The notes below the pieces were generated by a model that was given only the letters and a program-made list of their open reading frames with translations, was not told the DNA's origin and made no database searches. Made by a program: the position numbers and the translations under genes. Below, in pieces: positions 29,524 through 39,244 of a stretch of 64,000 nt of DNA. Position 1 is the first letter of the stretch; each line of letters starts with the position of its first letter. The DNA is from Phycisphaeraceae bacterium (GTDB lineage: Bacteria; Planctomycetota; Phycisphaerae; Phycisphaerales; Phycisphaeraceae), in NCBI GenBank assembly GCA_963674705.1, contig OY771506.1:2208001-2272000 (forward strand), read 5' to 3'.

Positions 29524-30513
29524 ATGAATAAGCAGTTCCTGCTACGATCGTTTGTGGTTGTCGCCTTGCTTGCTACAAATGTCAACAGCACGCAAGGCCT
29601 GATTTATCTTAACTTCGATGAAGATATCTTCACCGCGCCGGTTGGGACACCCCTGATCAGGATCACCGCGACACTCGACCTCGATGGGCAGCACTATCTC
29701 TATGGCGGCACTAGCCACGGCTCGACAACAGCCGTCTGGGCCGATGCGAGTTTTACCCTCGGCCCACTGCCCGGCGCAACCACGACTAATGATCAACTCG
29801 ACAGCTTTAAAGCCCAGATCGGCGACCTGCCCGGACTTGTCCCGCCGTATGAAGATGTGCCCGTGACGATCCCCATCGTCTGGGGTTACTGGCACTTGAA
29901 CAATTGGCAATTCCCACAAGCCACCGATTACCCCGGGTATATCAGCGCAACCGGCTCGTTTGAATCCCAGAGTATCAGCGACCAGTACCGCGTTGAGTTT
30001 TACGTGAACATGCAACCGGGCTACACCGCTGACAATCCCTTGCTGCCCGATGTTGTACAACCCAGTGGCCGATACGACTTCCAACTCGATATGTCAGCAA
30101 CCGATCTGGGGCAGAACTTCTGTGTGTTCATCGATCCGGTCGCAGCCACGGGTTATCACTACTCGGTTGATCCAGGTGATCCGCTGTTTTCCGTCGTCTA
30201 TATTCCTGAAGCATTACCTTTAGGCGATTCGGAGTTTGATCTTGAAGTAGCCGGCGCTACTTACCCGATCCTGGCTGGCGTGCCGTTCGATCTGACACAG
30301 ATCGCGGCTGAAGGTGTCAGTGAATTTACGATCACCGGCATCGACCCCGCTGAAGGACTCGACCCCGCCGATCCGTCTGCGTTCCCGACCGGCCTGATGT
30401 TCGCCAGCCCCGGCGTCGCTAACGTGTCGATGATGCCGATCCCCAGCCCGCAAACGTTTGTCTTGTTGGGAGCATTTGCATTGGGTTCGTTGATGCGTCG
30501 TCGCCATGCCTGA
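29524..30513 (+). CDS. Secreted protein with variant PEP-CTERM tail (IPSP), no dockerin
   Basis: RBS GAAGGAG, signal peptide, IDPVAATGYHY and ITGIDP...LDP..P.AFPTGL motifs, IPSPQT + TM + RRR. Confidence 0.8.
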   Translation: MNKQFLLRSFVVVALLATNVNSTQGLIYLNFDEDIFTAPVGTPLIRITATLDLDGQHYLYGGTSHGSTTAVWADASFTLGPLPGATTTNDQLDSFKAQIGDLPGLVPPYEDVPVTIPIVWGYWHLNNWQFPQATDYPGYISATGSFESQSISDQYRVEFYVNMQPGYTADNPLLPDVVQPSGRYDFQLDMSATDLGQNFCVFIDPVAATGYHYSVDPGDPLFSVVYIPEALPLGDSEFDLEVAGATYPILAGVPFDLTQIAAEGVSEFTITGIDPAEGLDPADPSAFPTGLMFASPGVANVSMMPIPSPQTFVLLGAFALGSLMRRRHA

Positions 30514-30563
30514 TACATCATTGTCTTCCACAACGCTGCGCCGCAAAGTCCGTTTACAGTTAT

Positions 30564-30598
30564 AGGCCGGTCTCGCTTTGATGTGGGGCCGGTTTTTT
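30564..30598 (+). terminator. Rho-independent terminator
   Basis: GGCCGGTCTCGC...GTGGGGCCGGTT followed by a T-run. Confidence 0.65.
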
Positions 30599-30743
30599 CA
30601 TTGCTATCAATATGTTTATCGGCCGCATGACGATGTCGGTGGTTTTATGCCTTAGCTTAATCGCACAAGTCGATGAGCCAACCGAGCGTATTTGCGCGCC
30701 CGCCTCAATGCGATCACTGGCGGAGCGATCGGAGCCTTCGGCC

Positions 30744-32192
30744 ATGCTGTTCAACAGCCTCAACTTTGTCTTGCTCGTTGTGATCACCTTCGGGCTGTAC
30801 TACATCCCGCTTCTGCGTCGCACGCAGGTCGTGCTGCTATTGATCGCCAGCCTGACGTTCTACGGCTTCGGCCAGCCTTACCTGCTGACACTGCTCGTCA
30901 GTTCCGTACTTATCAACGCCTTTGCCAGCCGGGCAACCTATACATGCGATTCGCTCAAACGCGCCCGCACATGGGCGATCACCGGCATTGCGCTCAACCT
31001 GCTGCTGCTCGGCTTCTTCAAGTACGCCGGCATGCTCACACTCACCGTCCTGCGCGGCGAACCCGGCGAGCAATCCGTCGGCCACCTGCTGTTGATGATA
31101 CCGCTACCGATCGGCATCTCCTTCTTCACCTTCCAGGGAATGAGCCTCGTCGTCGATGCCTTCCGCGCTCGCGACGTTGACGAACTCCGCAAAGGGCTCT
31201 CCGGCCCGCCGATGCGCCACCTGCTGCACACCGGCTTCTTCATCTGCTTCTTCCCCCAGCTCGTCGCAGGCCCGATCGTCAAGGCCCACGAGTTCATGCC
31301 ACAGATCAAGCCCAAGTTCATCAAGGACATCGACTGGAACCGCTGCTTTTCGCTGCTGGTGATGGGCTACTTCATGAAGATGGTTGTCGCTGACAACCTC
31401 AAGGACCACACCTTCTGGATCCAGCCGCCATACTTCCAGGTGCGCGGTTCCATCGACCTTTTGGTGATGCTCTTCGGCTTCTCGATGCAGATCCTCGCCG
31501 ACTTCTGGGGCTACTCGTTGATCGCGATGGGTGTCGCCGGATTGTTCGGCTACTACCTGCCGAAAAACTTTGATCATCCTTACATCGCACGCAGCTTCTC
31601 AGAGTTCTGGCGCCGTTGGCACATCTCGCTGTCGACCTGGCTGCGCGAATACCTGTACTACCCGCTCGGTGGTAACCGCAAGGGCCGATCACGCACCTAC
31701 CTCAACCTCTTCATCGTCATGTTCCTCGGCGGACTCTGGCACGGCGCGGCATGGAGTTACGCTGTCTGGGGAACCGTTCACGGCATCGCGCTTGCCACCG
31801 AACGCGCCCTGCGCGGCAAAGTCAACCTCGGCAACAGCCTCATCATCCGCACGATCCAGATGCTCTTCGTCTTCCTGATCGTCACGCTCGCCTGGCTTTT
31901 ATTCAAACTGCCGAACTTCACCGACGCGGTGAACTACATCTATTGCATGTGTACCCGTTGGGACTATCCCTACGACCAGACGATGATGTACTACATCACA
32001 TTCTTCAGCGCGCCGGTTGTGCTGATGCACCTGCGTTACCTGCTGATACACAGCACGTGGTGGCAAAATACTTCTGTCACACAACCACGCTTGGCCGGCC
32101 CCGTGCTCGCACCGGCCTGCTACGGCCTGATGCTCTTGCTCTTGCTTATCAATAGCGGAACCCCCGGCGCTTTTATCTACTTCCAGTTCTAA
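30744..32192 (+). CDS. MBOAT O-acyltransferase (AlgI/DltB/PatA-like)
   Basis: MLFNS start, FFKY, LPIGISFFTFQ, FFPQLVAGPI, EFWRRWHISLSTWLREYLY, GLWHGA, FIYFQF. Confidence 0.93.
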   Translation: MLFNSLNFVLLVVITFGLYYIPLLRRTQVVLLLIASLTFYGFGQPYLLTLLVSSVLINAFASRATYTCDSLKRARTWAITGIALNLLLLGFFKYAGMLTLTVLRGEPGEQSVGHLLLMIPLPIGISFFTFQGMSLVVDAFRARDVDELRKGLSGPPMRHLLHTGFFICFFPQLVAGPIVKAHEFMPQIKPKFIKDIDWNRCFSLLVMGYFMKMVVADNLKDHTFWIQPPYFQVRGSIDLLVMLFGFSMQILADFWGYSLIAMGVAGLFGYYLPKNFDHPYIARSFSEFWRRWHISLSTWLREYLYYPLGGNRKGRSRTYLNLFIVMFLGGLWHGAAWSYAVWGTVHGIALATERALRGKVNLGNSLIIRTIQMLFVFLIVTLAWLLFKLPNFTDAVNYIYCMCTRWDYPYDQTMMYYITFFSAPVVLMHLRYLLIHSTWWQNTSVTQPRLAGPVLAPACYGLMLLLLLINSGTPGAFIYFQF

Positions 32193-32207
32193 CAAGGTCT
32201 CTTCAGC

Positions 32208-33137
32208 ATGCTGATCTATCGATCACTCATCGCGTTCATCGTCCTCGCCGTGGCGTATTCCGTGCTGCTGCCTTACACCGAAATTAACGGCTTCCGCCGC
32301 GGCTCGCAGTGGGAGCTGAACGTCATGACCGCGGAAACCTTTGCCTATCAAAAGCCGAAGACTTCTGTCGTCGTCACCGGTTCCTCCATCAGCTACTGGC
32401 TTAACGATCTGCCGGACGACTGGTACAACCTCGCCATGGCCGGTGAAGGCGCGCTGACCGGGCTATCCATCATCGACCAATCCGATCTCCAGCCGCACAC
32501 CGTCCTCGTCGAGATCAACGTGATCGACCGACCTGTCAACGCTGATCTACTCACCGGCCTGTACGGCCCCGGCATCCGGCAAGCCAAGCAGCACCTGCCC
32601 ATGCTCCAGGAGGCCAACGAACCCTCGCATGTCACGCTCCGCTGTATGCACCTGGCCGACTACTACGCAACTCGCATCGCCGAACGTCTCGGTTACGACC
32701 AGCCCGATCCGTCACAATCATCGGAACCCAGCACAACCCCGATCAGGGAAACCGCCAAACTCGAATCCGGCGGCAACATCCTTCGCGCCATCCGCCTCGA
32801 AGCCGTCAAGACCGGCTACGATGAATCCCTTCTCACCACCCGCCTGCACACCCTGCGCAGCCTTATCGAGAAACTCGAAGCCCGAAACATCCGTGTCGTA
32901 CTTTTTGAAGCCCCGGAAGATGCCGCCACTTACGATTCACCCCGTCGAAACCAGTTGCGCCAGCTTACCCACCAGGTCCTCCCGGCCGACAGCTTCACCT
33001 ATCTCGACACACCGCTGGACCAGACCTACCAGACCCGCGACGGCGTCCACATGACCGCCGAAAGCGCCGCCCGCTACTGCCACTGGCTCGTCAACAACCT
33101 GCCCACCCCCAACACCCTCGTCTCCGCCTCACCCTGA
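32208..33137 (+). CDS. SGNH-hydrolase-like periplasmic partner of the MBOAT (AlgJ/DltD-like)
   Basis: N-terminal anchor, VVVTGSS and DGVH motifs, directly downstream of the MBOAT. Confidence 0.65.
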   Translation: MLIYRSLIAFIVLAVAYSVLLPYTEINGFRRGSQWELNVMTAETFAYQKPKTSVVVTGSSISYWLNDLPDDWYNLAMAGEGALTGLSIIDQSDLQPHTVLVEINVIDRPVNADLLTGLYGPGIRQAKQHLPMLQEANEPSHVTLRCMHLADYYATRIAERLGYDQPDPSQSSEPSTTPIRETAKLESGGNILRAIRLEAVKTGYDESLLTTRLHTLRSLIEKLEARNIRVVLFEAPEDAATYDSPRRNQLRQLTHQVLPADSFTYLDTPLDQTYQTRDGVHMTAESAARYCHWLVNNLPTPNTLVSASP

Positions 33138-33190
33138 ATACACTCAGCACGGTCGGGCGACCCACGCCCAGCGCAGCGTGCAATGCACGG

Positions 33191-33339
33191 GCGCGCGAGC
33201 TGGCAGCTCGCGGCTACGGGAAGGTGTGAACGGCGACGTACGCGCTCATTGCTGTCTGTCGCTCAATAGCCGCGAGCTGCCCCCTCGCGCGAATCTCACA
33301 ATCACCCACCCCATAGCCGCGAGCTGCCAGCTCGCGCGC
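33191..33339. repeat. Three REP-like palindromes (GTAG-type; BIME-like cluster)
   Basis: (G/A)TAGCCGCGAGCTGCCAGCTCGCGCG at 33191-33217 (-), 33266-33291 (+, variant) and 33313-33339 (+). Confidence 0.85.
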
Positions 33340-33481
33340 ACCCTCGTGCAAATCTTTGCGCAAACTTCCACTCACCTCTGCACGAACTGATCCACACTCT
33401 TCTCACCCACACCCATCTGAACACCGTTCCCCTCACCCCCGATTCTCACTCCCAAACCCGTATCAGACCGATAAACTTCCC

Positions 33482-34660
33482 ATGGTGCGCTCATCGCACA
33501 TCCTGGAGCTGGCTGTCGTTGCGCTACTCGGTATCGCGGTCATCATGGTCAACTCGGCCGGCGCCCGCGTGGGCTCACCCGACCCGGATCATGCGGGTCT
33601 TGTCGCCGGGACGACGCAGATTCTTACAAGCCGGCCCATCATCTACGCCGTATTGGCGATCGGTGTCATGATGCTGGCCAGCCGGATCAACGTTCGCCAG
33701 CTCTTTGCCGTCCGTGGCTGGACCAATCCGCTCGCCTTCATCATCGTCGGGGCACTGACGCTGGCAGCGCTCACGCTCGTGCCCGGTATGGGTAAAAGCG
33801 TCAACGGCGCCAGCCGCTGGCTGTACCTGGGCCCGAAAAGCTGGGGCCTGAGTTTCCAGCCAAGCGAACTGGTCAAGTGGGTCATGGTCATCGCCATCGC
33901 CTGGTGGTGTGCACGCCGGCGCGGCCTGATGCACACCTTCCGCCACGGCCTTGTCCCGCCGCTGATTCTGCTGGGCATCGCCTGCTTCATCGTCGTCATC
34001 GAAGACCTTGGCACGGCCGCCCTGATCGGACTCGTCGCGGTCTGCATGCTCATCGCCGGCGGCGCTCGCATCAAACACCTCGCGTGCATCGTCCCGATAG
34101 GCATGGTCGGCCTGGTCGCGGCCCTCTTCCATAGCCCGTACCGTATCAAGCGATTGATCGCCTTCCTCGATCCCTGGGCCGATCCCGAGGGCGCGGGCTA
34201 CCACCCGATCCAGTCCATGCTCGCCGTCAGCCAGGGCGGGCTCTCCGGCAGGGGACTGGGCCACGGCATCCAGAAGTTCGGCTACCTGCCCGAAGACACC
34301 ACCGACTTCATCTTCGCCATCATCTGTGAAGAGATGGGCATCGTCGGCGCAGCCGTGATCGTCTGTCTCTTCCTGGTGATCCTCTGGGTGGGTCTGGGCA
34401 TCGTCCGGGACTGTAAAGACACGTTTGGCCGGCTCGTCGGGCTGGGTGTTTTATTAACGGTCGGTCTTCAGGCCGCGATTAACATCGCCGTCGTCGTCGC
34501 CGTCGTCCCGACCAAGGGCATCGCACTACCGCTGGTCAGCTCCGGCGGCACGGGCTGGATCATGACTGCTTTTGCCTTGGGTTTGGTCGCCGCACTCGAT
34601 AACGCCAACTACCTCGAAGCCGAGGAAGAACTGGAAGGCCTCGTCCTCGAACCCGCTTAG
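33482..34660 (+). CDS. ftsW: SEDS-family peptidoglycan glycosyltransferase FtsW
   Basis: NGASRWL, FQPSELVK, DLGT, FLDPWADP, GRGLGHGIQKFGYLPEDTTDFIFAIICEEMG, PTKGIALPLVSSGG. Confidence 0.9.
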   Translation: MVRSSHILELAVVALLGIAVIMVNSAGARVGSPDPDHAGLVAGTTQILTSRPIIYAVLAIGVMMLASRINVRQLFAVRGWTNPLAFIIVGALTLAALTLVPGMGKSVNGASRWLYLGPKSWGLSFQPSELVKWVMVIAIAWWCARRRGLMHTFRHGLVPPLILLGIACFIVVIEDLGTAALIGLVAVCMLIAGGARIKHLACIVPIGMVGLVAALFHSPYRIKRLIAFLDPWADPEGAGYHPIQSMLAVSQGGLSGRGLGHGIQKFGYLPEDTTDFIFAIICEEMGIVGAAVIVCLFLVILWVGLGIVRDCKDTFGRLVGLGVLLTVGLQAAINIAVVVAVVPTKGIALPLVSSGGTGWIMTAFALGLVAALDNANYLEAEEELEGLVLEPA

Positions 34661-34720
34661 CGCGCTTACAGAATCCAACGATTTATTATCACCGCCATTT
34701 TCCCCAGCAACCCGACTTAC

Positions 34721-34751
34721 TCAAGCCTCAAGTCTCTAGCCTCAAGCCTCA
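34721..34751. repeat. Lone heptamer tandem arm
   Basis: TCAAGCC TCAAGTC TCTAGCC TCAAGCC TCA. Confidence 0.6.
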
Positions 34752-34838
34752 CCCCCAACTACACACAAGACCTCATTCTATTTATACTGACGGAGACATC
34801 TGAATACCCCCACACCACTTGGAAAGGCCTTGCGTACC

Positions 34839-36458
34839 ATGACTTCAGCCCCCTCGTCTGTTTCTGCGCCCTCGTCGGCACTGATTCCCGTTCGTTATCA
34901 GGTGCTCATCGGGGCCATTATCGTCCAACTCATCCTCGGCACGGTGTACGGCTACAGCATCTTCTGGCAACCGCTGCACGCCGAGGTCTTCCCGCAGGTG
35001 ATCACTCAGGCCGAGAAAGCCACGATGATCGCCGACAGTATCGATACGTCCGGCATGACGGTCGTCGCCGATGCCGAGGCTGTGAAGGCGCAGCTTGCGA
35101 CACAGCAGGGTTATCTCAAGTACGCGTTCTCGATCTGCATCCTGTCATTTGCGATCACGATGATCTTTGCCGGACGCGTGCAGGACGTGCGGGGGCCTAG
35201 ACAACCGGCGATCATCGGCGCGGTCCTGATGGGATTGGGATTTCTTGCCGCATCGTTTATGAATTACCCCTTCGTGTTTTTCATGACACACGCGATGCTC
35301 ACTGGCGGCGTCGGCCTGATCCTGCTGTTGATCTTTGATGCATTGCTGGGTGGACATGAGACGGTCCGGGAGAACCCGATGCTCCGATACGTGCCGCAGG
35401 CGATCATCATCGCTGTCGCCGTTGCGGGTGTTACCACCGGCACGCAGTTTGTCGGCAAGCTCGGAGCGGTCGACAAGATCTTTATGCTTTGGGCGACGGT
35501 TGGCTTCCTCGCAGGTGCCGGTATTGGTTTCGCGTACGTCTGCCCGATCGCGGCTCTATACAAGTGGTTCCCCAATGCCAAAGGATTGGTCGGCGGTATC
35601 GCGGTCGCGGGCTTCGGTTTTGGTGCATACCTTTTCACAAACAAGACCATCGGTGCGGTTGGTTACATCATGGACCACGGGATCACTGACTTTTTCCTGG
35701 TTCATGGATTGGTCTGCCTGGTTGCCGTGACCTTCGGCGCCTTACTGCTTCGGAATCCTCAAAGTGTTGCAGCACCCAGTGCCGCTGGTAGCAGCAGCGA
35801 TTCAACGTGGCGTGACACACTCAAGAAACCTTCGTTCTACATGCTCTGGCTCATGTTCTTCTCCGGCGCCATGGCGGGCCTGATGGTCATCGGCATCATC
35901 AAGGGATTTGCCGGCGACCAACTGGTCTCGGGTGCCAAAGCTGCCGCTGATAGTGCGGGCAAAGTGCTCAGTGATGTTGAGATAGACGAGTGGAAACAGA
36001 AGGGTGTTGCGGCGGTCGGTGCACTGGCGATCTTCAATGCGATCGGTCGTATTGTCTGGGGCCTGGTTTCTGACAAGGTTGGCCGCACCTTAGCCATGAT
36101 GACTATGTTCATCTTCCAGGCGATCACGATGTGCGTCTTGACCCTGGCAACGAACGAATGGTCCATCGCCGTTGTTGCCTGCATCGTTGGTTTCAACTTC
36201 GGCGGTAACTTTGCCCTGTTCCCCTCGGCGACCGCTGACCTCTTCGGGGCGAAGAACGTCGGCGCCAACTACGGCTGGGTCTTCACCAGCTACGGTATCG
36301 CAGGCGTCATCGGGATCGCGGCGGGTAATATGGCCAAGCAACAGACCGGCAATTATGAACCGGCGTTCTACGTCGCCGCCGTTCTGTGCGTGATCTCCGC
36401 TGTCCTCGCCATCGCCCTCGGTAAATCAATCGCCAAGGCCAAAGCCGCCGCAGCATAA
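34839..36458 (+). CDS. MFS transporter, oxalate/formate antiporter (OFA)-like, enlarged
   Basis: GRVQDVRGPR, GIGFAYVCPIAALYKWFP, GFGFGA, NAIGRIVWGLVSDKVGR, GGNFALFP, GANYG. Confidence 0.9.
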   Translation: MTSAPSSVSAPSSALIPVRYQVLIGAIIVQLILGTVYGYSIFWQPLHAEVFPQVITQAEKATMIADSIDTSGMTVVADAEAVKAQLATQQGYLKYAFSICILSFAITMIFAGRVQDVRGPRQPAIIGAVLMGLGFLAASFMNYPFVFFMTHAMLTGGVGLILLLIFDALLGGHETVRENPMLRYVPQAIIIAVAVAGVTTGTQFVGKLGAVDKIFMLWATVGFLAGAGIGFAYVCPIAALYKWFPNAKGLVGGIAVAGFGFGAYLFTNKTIGAVGYIMDHGITDFFLVHGLVCLVAVTFGALLLRNPQSVAAPSAAGSSSDSTWRDTLKKPSFYMLWLMFFSGAMAGLMVIGIIKGFAGDQLVSGAKAAADSAGKVLSDVEIDEWKQKGVAAVGALAIFNAIGRIVWGLVSDKVGRTLAMMTMFIFQAITMCVLTLATNEWSIAVVACIVGFNFGGNFALFPSATADLFGAKNVGANYGWVFTSYGIAGVIGIAAGNMAKQQTGNYEPAFYVAAVLCVISAVLAIALGKSIAKAKAAAA

Positions 36459-36558
36459 ACCCCAACGGCGTGGCCGATTCACCGGCCGTGCCCATACCTA
36501 CATCCTAAACTCACACAACCCCCGGCCCCGAAAAGGTCGGGGGTTGTACAATACGACC

Positions 36559-36891
36559 ATGTCAGAAAACAACAACCAACTCGAACCCGTCACCCTCCAC
36601 GACTTCCAGCAGTACATCCACGACCGCTACTACGCCACCGACTCGGCACGCGGCACGCCCGGCACGTTCATGTGGCTCATCGAAGAGATTGGCGAACTTG
36701 CCACCAACCTCCAGAAGATCAAAGGCGAAGGCGGCAACACCTCCGGCGGCTCCACCCACGAAGACCTCGAAGGCGAATTCGCCGATGTCCTCGCCTGGCT
36801 CTGCACCCTCGCGAATATCAACGACGTCGATCTCACCACCGCGATCACGAAGAAGTATCTAGCCGGTGGGGGACCGAAGGGGCACAAATAG
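36559..36891 (+). CDS. MazG-like nucleotide pyrophosphohydrolase
   Basis: WLIEEIGELA...EGEFADVLAWLCTLAN...KKY. Confidence 0.88.
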   Translation: MSENNNQLEPVTLHDFQQYIHDRYYATDSARGTPGTFMWLIEEIGELATNLQKIKGEGGNTSGGSTHEDLEGEFADVLAWLCTLANINDVDLTTAITKKYLAGGGPKGHK

Positions 36892-37028
36892 GGTGTAGGG
36901 TTTGGGGTGTTGGGCGTAGGGTGAGGAATTGATGATTTGTGCTAACGGCTAACGGCTAACGGCTAACGGCTAACGGCTAATCGCTCTACCTCCCCCAACG
37001 CCGGTTCTGAGCACAGCGAAGGGCCGGG
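36889..37028. repeat. Composite heptamer arrays + REP-like core
   Basis: TAGGGTG-type x5 starting at the stop codon, GCTAACG x5 (36941-36975), then TCCCCCAACGCCGGTTCTGAGCACAGCGAAGGGCCGG. Confidence 0.85.
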
Positions 37029-37127
37029 TATCTTCTCTATCTGTACACCACATCACTCACAAGCGCACCAAACAACCCGCGCAAACCATACGCGATCATT
37101 TGCTTCGACCAGCATCGCCCATTTAAC

Positions 37128-39083
37128 TCAAACCGACCGCGTTTCAATCGTGTCGGTTTTCACAGAAGTGCGACCGCGCAACAATTCATTGATCGTCCGC
37201 GCGATCCCCTTTGCATCCAATCCCACCTCAGCAAGCTGTTCCTTGCGGCCGGCCTGCTTGATCCACTTCATCGGCAAACCTGACCGCTTGATACCTTGCG
37301 TCGACAGGCCCGCTTCATTGCACGCTTCCAGCACGCCTGACCCGAATCCGCCGGCCAGCGCGTGATCTTCGATCGTCAATACCGGGATGCCCGCGCCGAT
37401 TACCTTACGCAGCAGTTCCATATCCACCGGCTTGGCGAAGCGTGCATCGTATAGCGCGATATCGTAGCCGCCCGAATCCCCGGAAGACTTGTCGTTTAGC
37501 ATCCGTACCGCTTCCGCCGCCGCGTACACCGGCATGCCGTACGCCAGCACGACCAGGTCCGGCTTCGCTTCCGGCGCGATCACCAGATTTGCCTTGCCCA
37601 ACTCAAACGCCGGGCATTCGCTTTCTGTCTGTAGCGGCTTCTCCGCCACGTTATCTCGCGGATAACGCAGGAACGTCGCGCCCGCATCGTAATCCTTCAT
37701 AAACCGCAGCGCCGCTTTGAGTGTCGGCTCATCGCACGCCGCCATCAATACCGCACCGGGCAGCACGCGGAACATCGAGATATCCATGAACCCGTGATGC
37801 ACCGCGCCGTCTCCGCCGACCAGACCCGCTCGGTCCATGCACACACGCACCGGCAAACCCTGCAGCGATACTTCCTGGAACACCTGGTCCAGTGCCCGCT
37901 GGCTGAACGTCGAATACACCGCAAAGAACGGCTTCAATCCCGTCTTCGCGATCCCCGCACACATGTCCATCGCATGCGATTCGCATATCCCCGTGTCGCG
38001 CGTGCGGTCCGGATACTTTTCAATGAGTTTATCCACGCCCGTTCCCGGGCCCATCGCCGCGGTCACCGCATAAATCTTCTCATCCTCATCCATCAGTTCG
38101 AGCATCGCATCGGCAAACGCGCTGGTGAAGCTGCGCCCGCCTTTGACTAACTCCGCCCGACTTCCATCCACCACGAAAGGTTTGGGCGAGTGGAACGTCG
38201 TCGCATCATTCTCGCTGAACTTGAATCCCTTACCCTTGATCGTCTTGGCGTGCAGCAGCACCGGGCGGTTGATGTCCTTCACCTCGTTGAACATGTCCAC
38301 CAGCGTCGGCAGGTCATGGCCATCGATCGGCCCGATGCACACCAGCCCGAAGTGCTCGAACATGTGGTCCGTCGCGATCGCGTGCTTGAGCATCTCGCCA
38401 CCACGGTGATAAATCTCTTCGAGGATCGATCCGCCCGGGATATGTTCGAGGACACGATGAGCACGCTTTTTGAAGTCCCCGTACGTCGGGCTGACGCGGA
38501 TGCGGTCGAAGTACGCCGCCATCGCGCCCTGCGGATCGCTGATCGACATCCCGTTATCGTTCAGCACCACCAGGAACTGCCGATCCAGTGTCCCGGCATT
38601 GTTCAGCCCTTCAAAGGCTAATCCGTTCACGATCGACGCATCCCCGACCAGCGCGACCGATTTACGATCCGCTTCGCCGTTCAGTGCATCGCCACGCGCC
38701 ATCCCGACCGCCGTCGAGATCGCCGTGCCTGCGTGCCCGACCGAGAACAGGTCGTAGTCAGATTCTTCCGGATCGGGGAACCCCGCCATCCCCTCGCGCG
38801 TCCGCAGCTTCGGCAGCAGCCCCAACCGCCCGGTCAGCAGCTTATGCGGATAACACTGATGCCCCACATCAAACAGCAGCCGGTCCCGCCCGAAGTCGAA
38901 CACGTAATGCAGCGCAATCGTCAGCTCCACCACGCCCAGGTTCGGCGCCAGATGCCCGCCCGTCTTCGCTACCTGATCGCAGATCGCCTGGCGTATCTCC
39001 TGCGCCAGTTGCGGTAACTGGTCCACCGACAACCGCTTAAGCTCGGTCGGGCTCTGAATCGTCTTGAGCAGGGGGCTGTCCAT
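37128..39083 (-). CDS. dxs: 1-deoxy-D-xylulose-5-phosphate synthase
   Basis: GGHLAPNLGVVEL, FDVGHQCYPHKLLTGR, GHAGTAIS, LNDN, GPIDGHD, YSTF, DRAGLVGGDG. Confidence 0.97.
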   Translation of the reverse strand: MDSPLLKTIQSPTELKRLSVDQLPQLAQEIRQAICDQVAKTGGHLAPNLGVVELTIALHYVFDFGRDRLLFDVGHQCYPHKLLTGRLGLLPKLRTREGMAGFPDPEESDYDLFSVGHAGTAISTAVGMARGDALNGEADRKSVALVGDASIVNGLAFEGLNNAGTLDRQFLVVLNDNGMSISDPQGAMAAYFDRIRVSPTYGDFKKRAHRVLEHIPGGSILEEIYHRGGEMLKHAIATDHMFEHFGLVCIGPIDGHDLPTLVDMFNEVKDINRPVLLHAKTIKGKGFKFSENDATTFHSPKPFVVDGSRAELVKGGRSFTSAFADAMLELMDEDEKIYAVTAAMGPGTGVDKLIEKYPDRTRDTGICESHAMDMCAGIAKTGLKPFFAVYSTFSQRALDQVFQEVSLQGLPVRVCMDRAGLVGGDGAVHHGFMDISMFRVLPGAVLMAACDEPTLKAALRFMKDYDAGATFLRYPRDNVAEKPLQTESECPAFELGKANLVIAPEAKPDLVVLAYGMPVYAAAEAVRMLNDKSSGDSGGYDIALYDARFAKPVDMELLRKVIGAGIPVLTIEDHALAGGFGSGVLEACNEAGLSTQGIKRSGLPMKWIKQAGRKEQLAEVGLDAKGIARTINELLRGRTSVKTDTIETRSV

Positions 39084-39107
39084 GGGGGTGATGTTCAATG
39101 TTCAATC

Positions 39108-39188
39108 TGTGCTAACGGCTAATGGCTAACGGCTAATGGCTAAAGGCTTACCACATATTTCGCCATCAGCTATCAGCTTATAGCTTAT
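39108..39188. repeat. Heptamer tandem arm (GCTAAYG) with degenerate inverted partner
   Basis: TGT GCTAACG GCTAATG GCTAACG GCTAATG GCTAAAG, then GCCATCA GCTATCA GCTTATA. Confidence 0.75.
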
Positions 39189-39244
39189 CCCATTCATCGG
39201 CATATATCTTGATTACGGGCCAGACTCGGCCGAAGATCGCCCAA

